64,000 nucleotides of DNA from Acidimicrobiaceae bacterium (GTDB taxonomy: Bacteria; Actinomycetota; Acidimicrobiia; Acidimicrobiales; Aldehydirespiratoraceae): the NCBI GenBank assembly GCA_009835735.1, contig VXWX01000019.1, positions 979 to 64,978 on the forward strand. Direction: 5' to 3'. The notes under the pieces are model-generated. The model had not been told where the DNA came from. It ran no database searches and saw nothing but the letters and a program-made list of their open reading frames with translations. The translations under genes were made by a program, and so were the position numbers. This document shows, one piece after another, positions 9,031 to 17,263 of this stretch (positions are counted from its first letter, which is position 1; each line of letters starts with the position of its first letter).

Positions 9031-9969
9031 TCAAACGCCGGCGAGGGTGGGGTCTGAGATCAGGACCCGGGCCCGCCGGACAGTCTCCGAGGGCAACTCG
9101 CCGAAGAGATCGTGATAGTCGCTCGAGAACCGGCCGAGATGATGGAGGCCGCTGCAGGTGGCCGCCCGGCTCACGGAGTGCCGGCCGCTCTCGATCAGGC
9201 GGCGGGCGTTGTTGAGGCGCAGCAGCTTGTGGAACCTCGCCGGGCTCACAGAGACGCACTTGTCGAAGGCCTGCTCCAGCGTGCGGCGAGACGTCCCCAC
9301 CCGTGAGGCCACCTCCGGCATCGACAACGGCTCGGCCAGGGCATCCAGCATCACGTCACGGGCCGCCCGGTACAGCTGGATCGAGGCGTGTGACGAGCCC
9401 TGGGCCGCACTCGGCGCGGTCAACAACTCCAGCATCAGCCCGTGCATCACCGACCGGGGCACCGAGATGCTCCGGGAGGCCGCATCCCAGGACCGCAGAG
9501 CGTTGGCCGCCACCGCCCGGAACTTCCGGCTCAGCTCGGGATCGGCGATCCGGCGGATCCGTCCGGCCTGCTGGCTCGACAGGCGGCGCAGCGGCAGGGC
9601 GGCCGCCGACTCCAGCGAGACACCGAACACCGCCGGCTCCACGCCCGCGTCGACCACAGCCTCGTACGCGCCGCCGGGTCCCACCAGCAGGACGTCGTCC
9701 ATCGTGAACGGCGATCCGTTCGAGACCGTTTGGCCGGGGTCGCTGAGCAGCACGACCGCGCTGATCACGCCGGCTGGGCCCGCACCCTGCTGGCCCAGCC
9801 GCCGGTTGGTGCGCTCGACGAAGAACCCGACCTCGTCGCTGTCACAGGCCAGGAACGCGCCGTCATACGACCCGCAGTCGAGCTGCTGGTAGGCCTGATC
9901 GAAGCCGGTCAGCTGCTCGGCCTGATGGTCGATGTTCGTGTACCGCTGGAACGTCGCCGCGGCCCGCAT
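9031..9969 (-). CDS. AraC-family transcriptional regulator
   Basis: C-terminal dual HTH (LSMPEVASRVGTSRRTLEQAFDKCVSVSPARFHKLLRLNNARRLI...SGLHHLGRFSSDYHDLFGELPS). The start is placed at ATG 9967-9969 (MRAAATFQRY). The remaining 466 codons of track ORF 9031..11367 run antisense through neighbouring genes. Confidence 0.8.
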   Translation of the reverse strand: MRAAATFQRYTNIDHQAEQLTGFDQAYQQLDCGSYDGAFLACDSDEVGFFVERTNRRLGQQGAGPAGVISAVVLLSDPGQTVSNGSPFTMDDVLLVGPGGAYEAVVDAGVEPAVFGVSLESAAALPLRRLSSQQAGRIRRIADPELSRKFRAVAANALRSWDAASRSISVPRSVMHGLMLELLTAPSAAQGSSHASIQLYRAARDVMLDALAEPLSMPEVASRVGTSRRTLEQAFDKCVSVSPARFHKLLRLNNARRLIESGRHSVSRAATCSGLHHLGRFSSDYHDLFGELPSETVRRARVLISDPTLAGV

Positions 9970-10221
9970 AGACAGGGACAGTACGGCCCCCGTCGCGGGC
10001 CTGTCCACAGTTGGTTGCGCAAAACGGACAAGGAAAGTCCCAATCGGGACAGCAGCCGGCGCTCGGTGGACAGGAGCCGGCGCTGGGCGGATAGCTGCGG
10101 AGACCCCGAGCGATTGCCATGGGCGTTCCGACACCCCCTCCCGGCGGCGCGGGTCGCACTCAAGCCCGCGCCGCCGGCTCGGGGCATCCGCAACCGACCA
10201 GCGACCCCGGGGAGTCCCACC

Positions 10222-11055
10222 ATGGCCACACTGACCACCAACGACGGCGTCGAGTTGCACTACGACGTAGCCGGGACCGGCCCACCGCTGGTGCTGGTCC
10301 ACGGCTGGAACCAGACCGCCGCCCTGTTCGAGCGTCAGGTGGCCGGCCTGAGCGACCGCTTCCAAGTCATCACCTTCGACCTGAGGGGCCACGGCGAGTC
10401 CGAGCGACCCGACCACGGCTACCGCATCGCCCGCTACGCCATGGACCTCCACACCGTCATCGACAAGGTGGCCGGACAGCCCGCCCACGTGCTCGGCCAC
10501 TCGATGGGGTGCTGCGTGCTGTGGTCGTACTTCGACCTGTTCGCCGGCGACGGCATCAAGAAGGCCGTGTTCGTCGACATGATGACCCACCCCATCGCCA
10601 ACCCCGCCTTCACGGAGCAGCAGGTCGCCGACTACGGGTCGATCCTCAGCCCCGAAGCGTTCTTCGGGGTCTTCAACGGATTGACCGCGGGCGCGGCGGC
10701 CCAGGTCGTGCCCGGCCTGATCGACGGGATGGTCACCGAGAACATCTCCACCGAGGACAAGGCCTGGCTGCTGGCCGAGAACGCCCGCATGCCGGGACCG
10801 CTCTCGGCCAGGGAGTTCTTCACCGACATCCTGGCCGACTGGCGAGACGTGCCGCCCCGGATCAACCGGCCTTCCCTTTACATCGCCGGCGAGGGGTCGT
10901 TCATTCCGATCTCGGCCACCCGCTGGGCCGCCGAGCAGACCCCCGGCGCGCAGTTCGAGTCCATCCCGGCCGGCGAGGGCGGCAACCACTTCATGTTCAT
11001 CGAGAACCCGGGCCGGTTCAACCGGCTCGTCAGCGAGTTCTTGACAACGACCTAA
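10222..11055 (+). CDS. Alpha/beta-fold hydrolase
   Basis: ATG at 10222 (MATLTTNDGVELHYDV.GTGPPLVLVHGW), nucleophile elbow GHSMG and a C-terminal GGNHFMFIENP. The track ORF start 9442 is an upstream artefact. Confidence 0.85.
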   Translation: MATLTTNDGVELHYDVAGTGPPLVLVHGWNQTAALFERQVAGLSDRFQVITFDLRGHGESERPDHGYRIARYAMDLHTVIDKVAGQPAHVLGHSMGCCVLWSYFDLFAGDGIKKAVFVDMMTHPIANPAFTEQQVADYGSILSPEAFFGVFNGLTAGAAAQVVPGLIDGMVTENISTEDKAWLLAENARMPGPLSAREFFTDILADWRDVPPRINRPSLYIAGEGSFIPISATRWAAEQTPGAQFESIPAGEGGNHFMFIENPGRFNRLVSEFLTTT

Positions 11056-11092
11056 TCGACAACAGCTTGTGAGACCCACAAGGGGGGAATCC

Positions 11093-12457
11093 ATGACAAC
11101 CAACACCACCAGGAAGAGACTCTTCCGGATCCTCGCCGCAGTGCTGGCACTGGCGCTAGTGGCCGCCGCGTGCGGCGACGACGAGGGCGACGCCGAGGCG
11201 CCGGCCACCACCGCGGCCCCGGCACCGACCGAGGCGCCTGAGCCGGCCCCGGACCCCGAGCCGGCCGAGCCCGAGGCTGCGGAGCCTGAGCCGGCCGAGC
11301 CTGAGGCTGCGGAGCCCGAGTCCGAGCCGGAGCCGGCCGCGCCCATGGACCTGGACGTCGACGCCATCCTGGCGGCCGACCTCGCCGCCTGCGGCCCGGC
11401 GCCGCAGGGGGAGCCACTGCGGATCGGCTACGCGGCCGACTTCAGCGATCTCGGAGGCTTCGTCGACATCCCGGCGGCCAAGGCGGCCGAGTACTTCGTC
11501 GAGCTCCTCAACTGCTGGGGCGGCGTGGACGGCCATCCGGTCGAGATGGTGATCCGCGACATCGAGGGCGACCCCGAGACCGCCGGCCGGGTCGCCCAGG
11601 AGCTGCTCGACGAGAAGGTGACCGCCATCCTCGGCCCGGCCTTCTTCGACGTCAACCAGGCCATCCTCCAAGTCACCGCCACCCGGGTGCCGACGATCTC
11701 GGTGTCGTCCACCGAGCCGCTGCTGGCCGACCCCGAGCAGCTGTCGCTGCTGGCCTCGTTCACCGACACCGCCCAGGCGGTGGCGGCCGCCCAGTTCGCC
11801 ATCGAGAAGGACTGGACGACCGCGGTCACCTTCAGCGTGCCCGGGCCCTACTTCGGCTACGTCGTGGAGGTCTTCACCGAGGAGTTCGAGTCGCTCGGCG
11901 GGCAGGTGCTCGGCGACTTCCCGTTCGTGCCGGGGCAGACGACCGACTTCTCCGCGCAGGTCAACGAGATCGCCGGGCTCACTCCCCAGCCCGACGTCGT
12001 GTACTCGGCGCTGCTGGCCTTCCAGGCCGCCATCCTCGGGGCCCAGCTCAGCGAGGCCGAGGTCGGCGCCGAGATGCTGGTGGCCGACGCCTTCACCGCC
12101 ACCGGCGGCTACTTCGTCGACGGCGTGGAGGGGTTCTTCCACACCTCGCACACCTTCCCCGAGCCCGATGGCCGGATGGTGCGCTTCCTGGCCAGCTACG
12201 AGGCCGCCAAGGGCGGCGTCCTCGAGAGCGAGTCGTACTCGGCGCTGGCCGCCGACGCCATCCTCGTGATCTCCGACGCCGTGATCCGCTCCGGCTCGCT
12301 CGACCCCGTTACCGTCGGCGAGGCCATCATCGCGGGCACCGGCGTCGACGGCTTGACCGGCGTGCTGACCTACGACGGCGGAGGGTCGCCCAACACGCCC
12401 GTGTACGTGCACGAGGTCGTGAACGGTCAGCCGACCCTCGCCGCGGTCTACGGCTGA
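11093..12457 (+). CDS. ABC transporter substrate-binding lipoprotein (LivK/branched-chain amino-acid type)
   Basis: RBS aagggggg precedes ATG 11093. A signal peptide with lipobox (LALVAAAC) is followed by a Pro/Glu linker and a Peripla_BP_6-like body. The gene is followed by livF/H/M/G-type genes. Confidence 0.85.
   Translation: MTTNTTRKRLFRILAAVLALALVAAACGDDEGDAEAPATTAAPAPTEAPEPAPDPEPAEPEAAEPEPAEPEAAEPESEPEPAAPMDLDVDAILAADLAACGPAPQGEPLRIGYAADFSDLGGFVDIPAAKAAEYFVELLNCWGGVDGHPVEMVIRDIEGDPETAGRVAQELLDEKVTAILGPAFFDVNQAILQVTATRVPTISVSSTEPLLADPEQLSLLASFTDTAQAVAAAQFAIEKDWTTAVTFSVPGPYFGYVVEVFTEEFESLGGQVLGDFPFVPGQTTDFSAQVNEIAGLTPQPDVVYSALLAFQAAILGAQLSEAEVGAEMLVADAFTATGGYFVDGVEGFFHTSHTFPEPDGRMVRFLASYEAAKGGVLESESYSALAADAILVISDAVIRSGSLDPVTVGEAIIAGTGVDGLTGVLTYDGGGSPNTPVYVHEVVNGQPTLAAVYG
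11252..11341 (+). repeat. Three in-frame tandem 30-nt units encoding (D/E)PE(P/S)(A/E)EPE(A/P)AA in the SBP linker
   Basis: Read directly: DPEPAEPEAA / EPEPAEPEAA / EPESEPEPAA at 11252-11281, 11282-11311 and 11312-11341. Confidence 0.8.
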
Positions 12458-12492
12458 GAGAATCGGGCCGAATTCTGGACCGCCCGGACGCT

Positions 12493-13200
12493 GTGCTGAC
12501 CCTTGACAGGGTGGAGGTTGGCTACGGCAGCGTCCGGGCGGTTCACGGCGCCTCGATGTCGGTGCCCGAAGGCGAGACGGTCGCCCTCATCGGCCCCAAC
12601 GGAGCCGGCAAGAGCAGCCTGCTGAACGCCGTCATCGGGCTGCACGCCCCCAGCGGCGGCACCATCCGCTGGCACCGGACCGACGTCACCGGATGGTCCC
12701 CACAGCGGATGCTGCGGGCCGGCATCGCGCTGGTCCCCGAGCACCGCCGGATCCTGACCGGGCTGACCACCGAGGAGAACCTGCTCGTGGCGGGGATCCT
12801 CACCGGCCGGCGCGCCCGCCGCCGGCTCGCTGCGGAGTTGATGGAGCGCTTCGAGGTGCTCGGCCGGCAGCGGTCTGTGCCCGCCGGCCTGCTGTCGGGC
12901 GGTGAGGCCCAGCAGCTGGCCATCGCCCGAGCGCTGATGAGCCGCCCGAGCGTGCTGCTGATGGACGAACCCGCCCTCGGCTTGGCGCCCCTAATGCGCA
13001 GCCAGGTGTTCGAACTGCTCGGCGAACTGGCCGCCGCGGGTATCACCCTGCTTGTCGTCGAGCAGGACGCCCACCGCCTCCTGGAGATGGCCGGCACCGC
13101 CTACATCATGCGCAGCGGCGACATCGTCGCCAGCGGCCCGGCCGGCGAGCTGGCGGCCCGCGAGGACCTCTTCGAGGCGTTCCTCGGCAACGGCACGTGA
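12493..13200 (+). CDS. ABC transporter ATP-binding protein (LivF type)
   Basis: Walker A GPNGAGKSS, signature LSGGEAQQLAIARAL and Walker B LLMDEP.LGLAP are present. The protein is 235 aa. Confidence 0.85.
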   Translation: MLTLDRVEVGYGSVRAVHGASMSVPEGETVALIGPNGAGKSSLLNAVIGLHAPSGGTIRWHRTDVTGWSPQRMLRAGIALVPEHRRILTGLTTEENLLVAGILTGRRARRRLAAELMERFEVLGRQRSVPAGLLSGGEAQQLAIARALMSRPSVLLMDEPALGLAPLMRSQVFELLGELAAAGITLLVVEQDAHRLLEMAGTAYIMRSGDIVASGPAGELAAREDLFEAFLGNGT

Positions 13201-13207
13201 CGGCACA

Positions 13208-13255
13208 TGAGGGCGCGGACGTGAAGGACGGGACGTGAGGGCGCGGACGTGAAGG
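13208..13255. repeat. Perfect 20-nt direct repeat TGAGGGCGCGGACGTGAAGG x2 (13208-13227 and 13236-13255) in the livF-livH spacer
   Basis: Read directly. The period is 28 nt. The copies lie between the livF stop (13198-13200) and the livH start (13263/13266). Each copy ends in an SD-like GAAGG. Confidence 0.85.
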
Positions 13256-13262
13256 GCGGCAT

Positions 13263-14153
13263 GTGATGGTCGAGCTCATCCAGCAGCTGATCGACGGCCT
13301 GGGCCTCGGCAGCGAGTACGCCCTGCTGGCCCTGGGGATCGGCCTGACCTTCGGGGTGATGCGCATGATCAACTTCGCCCACGGCGAGCTCATCACCGTC
13401 AGCGCCTACGTGGCCTACGGGCTGACCTTGATCGGGCTGGACTGGTGGATGCTCGTGCCGGTCATCGTGGCCACCTCCATCGCCACGTCGGTGGCGCTCG
13501 AGCTGGTGGCGTTCAGGTGGGTGCGGGGCGCCAGCGACTTCGCCATGCTGCTCATGTCGTTCGGCGTGCACTTCGTGGTGCAGGCCGGCTTCGTCATGTA
13601 CGTGTCGGCCAGCGCCCGGGCCTTCGACCGGCCCAGCTGGATCAACAACACGGTGTCGGTGGGCGGGGTGCGGGTCGAGGTGGTCGATGTCGCGGTGATC
13701 GCGGTCACCGTGGCCACGCTGCTCGGGACCCTGGCCATCCTGCGCAGGACGGTCTACGGGATGGCCATCCGGGCCGCGGCGGAGGACTTCGACACCGCCC
13801 AGATGCTCGGCGTCCGCAGCAACCTCGTGATCCGCTCCGCCTTCGCGCTAGCTGGGCTGTTGGCCGGGGTCGCCGCGGTGCTGCTGTTGATGAGGACCGG
13901 CCGAGCCGCGCCCGCGGCCGGACTCATCCCCATGCTCAAGGGCGTCCTGGCGGCCCTCATCGGCGGCCTGGGCCGGCTCCAGGGCGCGGTGGTCGGCGGC
14001 CTCGTGCTCGGCGTGGTCGAGGTGCAGCTCGTCTCGCGGCTGCCCGACGAGGTCGACGGCATGGTCAACGGGATCGTGTTCGTGCTGATCGCGCTGCTAT
14101 TCATCTTCCGGCCGGCCGGGATGCTCCAGACCGCCGCCGCGGAGCGGGTGTGA
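13263..14153 (+). CDS. Branched-chain amino-acid ABC permease (LivH type)
   Basis: 296-aa polytopic protein with N-terminus LIQQLIDGLGLGSEYALLALGIGLTFGVMRMINFAHGE, typical of LivH. Confidence 0.85.
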   Translation: MMVELIQQLIDGLGLGSEYALLALGIGLTFGVMRMINFAHGELITVSAYVAYGLTLIGLDWWMLVPVIVATSIATSVALELVAFRWVRGASDFAMLLMSFGVHFVVQAGFVMYVSASARAFDRPSWINNTVSVGGVRVEVVDVAVIAVTVATLLGTLAILRRTVYGMAIRAAAEDFDTAQMLGVRSNLVIRSAFALAGLLAGVAAVLLLMRTGRAAPAAGLIPMLKGVLAALIGGLGRLQGAVVGGLVLGVVEVQLVSRLPDEVDGMVNGIVFVLIALLFIFRPAGMLQTAAAERV

Positions 14154-16024
14154 CCGTCCTGGCCCGGCGGGTGCTGCCCGACGTGGCGGCCGGCGGCGTG
14201 CTGTTCGCCGCGGTCGCCGCGATCGGGCTCGTCTACGTCTGGGGAGCGGGCGACGCGGCCTCCGAGCGGCTGTTCACGTCGCTGCTCATCAACGTCACCG
14301 TCGTGGTGGGGATGCAGATCTTCATCGGCAACACCGGGATCCTGTCGTTCGGTCACGTCGGTTTCGGAGCTGTCGCCGGGTACGCCTTCGTGCTGTTCGC
14401 CATCGACACCGACCGCAAGGCCCGCCTGGTGCCCGACGCCCCGTTCGGGCTGGTGGACCTGACCGTGCACCCGGCCGCAGCCATTGCCGTCGCGGTGGCG
14501 CTGACCGTGGCCGTGGCCGCCGTCGTCGGGCTCGGGCTGGTGCGCTCGGCGGCCGCGTCGGGCGCCATCGCCCCCACCGTCATCACGCTGTCGCTGCTGT
14601 TCGCCACGTTCGAGTTGGCCGTCAACTGGACCGACTTGACCGGCGGCAACCGGGCCGGGCTGAGCTTCCGCCCCGGCACCGCCATGGCCGGCCGGGGATA
14701 CGCCTACGCGGCGCTCGCCGTCGCCCTGGTGGTGGCCGGGATCTACCGCCGGTCGCGCTCGGCCCGCCTCGCACGGGCGGTGCGGGAGGACGGCGTGGCG
14801 GCTCGCAGCCTGGGCATCCATCCCGCCACCCACCAGATGTGGGCCCTGCTGCTGTCGGTGGCGGTGGTCGCGGTCGGGGCGTCGCTGCGGGTCTGGCTCA
14901 CCGGAACGATCTCGCCCGAGCGGTTCTTCATCGACTACACGCTGCTGACCATCACGATGCTGGTCGTCGGAGGCCGCAACAGCATCACCGGCGCCACCCT
15001 CGGCACGGTCGTGATCACCGTGCTGACCGAGGCCGCCCGGGTGGTGTCGGGACCCGACGTCGACCCCGGGCCGTTCGACGTGATCCTGCGCCCGGGCCTG
15101 TCCGACCTGGTGCTGGGTGCCTCGATGCTCGGCTTCATGGTCCTGAGGCCGCGGGGGCTGCTCGACGACTGGGAGTTGGCGGACTGGCTCGGCCCCCGGC
15201 TCCGTAGCCGGCTAGGGCTCCCCGGCTCTCCCAGCGCGGCACCTCAGGAAGTCACCCGGGCGGTGCCGCGCGCCGAACACCACAGGGCGGTCCCGGCGGC
15301 TGTCCAGCCCGCCCCGGACCGGCTGGCCGCGGCCGGCCTTACCGTTGACTTCGGCGGTCTGCGGGGCCTGGACAACGCCCACATCTTGGCCCACAGCGGG
15401 CGGGTGGTGGGGCTCATCGGACCCAACGGCGCGGGCAAGACCACCATGCTGAACGCCATCACCGGCCTGGTCGGAGCCCAGGGTCGGATCACCCTCGAAG
15501 GTCAGGACATCGTCGGGCTGGCGCCCCACCGGCTGGCCCGGCGGGGCCTGGCTCGCACGTTCCAGAATCTGCGGCTGTTCGAGGCGCTCACCGTTCAGGA
15601 GAACATCGAGGTGGCCGCGCTGGCTGGCGGCCGCTCATCCCGGCAAGCGGAGCAGACCGCGGCCGGCCTGCTGGGGCTGTGCGGCATCGCCGACATCGCC
15701 GACGTGCGGGCCCGGGCCCTCGACTACGGCGCCTCGAAGCGCCTGGAGCTGGCCCGGGCCGCGGCGCAGGCCCCCGGCTTCCTGCTCCTCGACGAGCCCA
15801 CCTCGGGCTTCTCGGAGCTGGAGTCGGTGATCATCGTGGACCAGATCCGCCGCATCGCCGACGTGCTGGGCTGCGGCGTGGTGGTGATCGACCACGACCT
15901 CGCCTTCATCACCAACCTCTGCGACCGGGTCTACTGTCTCGACCAAGGCTCGGTGATCGCCGTCGGGTCACCCGCGGAGATCCGGACGCACCCGGCCGTC
16001 CGGGCCGCCTACCTGGGCGGCTGA
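14150..16024 (+). CDS. Fused ABC permease (LivM type) and ATP-binding domain (LivG type)
   Basis: GTG 14150 overlaps the livH stop (GTGA). The first ~370 aa are polytopic (LivM-like: FIGNTGILSFGHVGFGAVAGY). A linker follows, then an ATPase with Walker A GPNGAGKTT, signature-region YGASKRLELARA and Walker B LLLDEPTSG. Track ORF 13445..16024 begins inside livH in another frame and is not real there. Confidence 0.8.
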   Translation: MTVLARRVLPDVAAGGVLFAAVAAIGLVYVWGAGDAASERLFTSLLINVTVVVGMQIFIGNTGILSFGHVGFGAVAGYAFVLFAIDTDRKARLVPDAPFGLVDLTVHPAAAIAVAVALTVAVAAVVGLGLVRSAAASGAIAPTVITLSLLFATFELAVNWTDLTGGNRAGLSFRPGTAMAGRGYAYAALAVALVVAGIYRRSRSARLARAVREDGVAARSLGIHPATHQMWALLLSVAVVAVGASLRVWLTGTISPERFFIDYTLLTITMLVVGGRNSITGATLGTVVITVLTEAARVVSGPDVDPGPFDVILRPGLSDLVLGASMLGFMVLRPRGLLDDWELADWLGPRLRSRLGLPGSPSAAPQEVTRAVPRAEHHRAVPAAVQPAPDRLAAAGLTVDFGGLRGLDNAHILAHSGRVVGLIGPNGAGKTTMLNAITGLVGAQGRITLEGQDIVGLAPHRLARRGLARTFQNLRLFEALTVQENIEVAALAGGRSSRQAEQTAAGLLGLCGIADIADVRARALDYGASKRLELARAAAQAPGFLLLDEPTSGFSELESVIIVDQIRRIADVLGCGVVVIDHDLAFITNLCDRVYCLDQGSVIAVGSPAEIRTHPAVRAAYLGG

Positions 16025-16037
16025 TAGCCCGGAGCCG

Positions 16038-16058
16038 GCGCTCCCAGTATGGGAGCGC
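16038..16058. terminator. Candidate bidirectional hairpin terminator between convergent genes
   Basis: Perfect 9-bp stem GCGCTCCCA / TGGGAGCGC with a 3-nt loop (gta). It fills the 34-nt gap between the livMG stop (16024) and the sterol-reductase-like stop (16059). There is no U-tract. Confidence 0.45.
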
Positions 16059-17195
16059 TCAGTAGATCTTGGGGAAGATCCGGTAGGGCACCCGCTCCTG
16101 GTACTCGGCCCACTTCTCGGGCCCGTACTTCTGCTCGCACTCCCGCTCGTCGAAGCGCTGCCGGACGGTGAAGAACGAGATCACGAAGATGGAGTAGGTC
16201 CAGGCCCACAGGTTGCCGGGGTGGCCGAACACCAGGGCGAACGAGATGGCCAGGATTCCCTCGCCCAGGTAGTTGAAGTGGCGGGCGACGCCCCACCATC
16301 CGCTGGTCAGGATCTTGCGCTCTCCCGCCTCGATGTAGGAGGGCTCGACCCACAGGAACTTGCGGTCCGGCCAGCGCTTGAACGTGTACTTCTGGAGGTT
16401 GGCGCCCCGACCTATGGTCCAACCGCCCAGGAACAGCACCGACACTCCGATGAGCCAGAGGTACGTCAATCCGGTCGAGAGCCCGGGATCCGGATGGGCG
16501 GCCATTCCCCACAGCGGCAGGATGAACAGCCACCCGTAGGCCACCAGGCCGCCCCACCACAGCTTGAAGCCGATGTGCTCGTGGATCAGGTCGTAGGTGT
16601 AGAGCTGGACCCGCTCCCAGATGAAGTAGTCGAAGGTGTAGAACGCCCAGAAGGCGGCGTACAGGTAGATACCCGGGTTGGCGTTGTCGCCGAATTGGTC
16701 GTGGTGCCACGCCGCCCCCGACAGGGCGTTGAGCGACAGCATCGTCCCGCCGACCACGTACCACCACATCTTGATGTCGATGCGGTTGTTGAACAGCTGC
16801 AACTCCTGGGACCGGCCCTCCCACAGCGCCAGCCACGGGTTGGCGATCTCGCCCTTGGGCTGGGTGAACACCGACCACACCGCGAAGATGGCGCAGAAGA
16901 CCGTGCCCCCGACCACCGCCCACAGCGACGACCGGTAGAACCAGTCGCGGGGCAGCCCGCCGATCTCGAATGCCCACACGATGTGCGCGATCACGAACAC
17001 CAGCAGGCCGTTGAGCCGGTAGTTGCGGGGCTCGCCGGTCTCCCGGTCCTTCACGTAGCCCGTGACCCGCCTCGCGGGCAGGACGATCTGCAGCACGAAG
17101 AACACCGCGAAGATGATCAGCGGCGTGAAGAACGCCCAGACCGCCTCCCCGCCGGAGAGCTCCGTGAGGTGCTCGATACCTAGCGCTTCAGCCAT
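16059..17195 (-). CDS. ERG4/ERG24-family sterol reductase homologue (DHCR7 / delta-14 / delta-24(28) reductase type)
   Basis: C-terminus ILTSGWWGVARHFNYLGEGILAISFAL...VRQRFDERECEQKYGPEKWAEYQERVPYRIFPKIY closely mirrors the family signature LLTSGWWG.ARH.NY.GD...R..RD...C..KYG..W..Y...VPYR..P. The protein is 378 aa and polytopic. Confidence 0.85.
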   Translation of the reverse strand: MAEALGIEHLTELSGGEAVWAFFTPLIIFAVFFVLQIVLPARRVTGYVKDRETGEPRNYRLNGLLVFVIAHIVWAFEIGGLPRDWFYRSSLWAVVGGTVFCAIFAVWSVFTQPKGEIANPWLALWEGRSQELQLFNNRIDIKMWWYVVGGTMLSLNALSGAAWHHDQFGDNANPGIYLYAAFWAFYTFDYFIWERVQLYTYDLIHEHIGFKLWWGGLVAYGWLFILPLWGMAAHPDPGLSTGLTYLWLIGVSVLFLGGWTIGRGANLQKYTFKRWPDRKFLWVEPSYIEAGERKILTSGWWGVARHFNYLGEGILAISFALVFGHPGNLWAWTYSIFVISFFTVRQRFDERECEQKYGPEKWAEYQERVPYRIFPKIY

Positions 17196-17263
17196 GGCCG
17201 AAACTTAGCGCTTCAGCCAGCGCCGAGCGGCCCTTCGGAAGATGATGCGGTTGCCGGTGCGGG

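Noticed and set aside
9970-11367. N-terminal extensions of track ORFs: 9031..11367, 13445..16024, 17264..19723, 18721..20109, 27503..29866, 53258..54769, 2608..3435, 4055..5374.
   Set aside because: The extensions run through neighbouring genes in other frames and are compositionally aberrant. Internal starts with coupling overlaps or RBSs give normal family-length proteins.
7695-16024. Considered whether the block downstream of tRNA-Ala (AsnC, VOC, AraC, hydrolase, ABC transporter) is a tRNA-associated genomic island.
   Set aside because: The G+C looks native. There is no integrase and no repeat of the tRNA 3' end. The gene content is ordinary metabolism.
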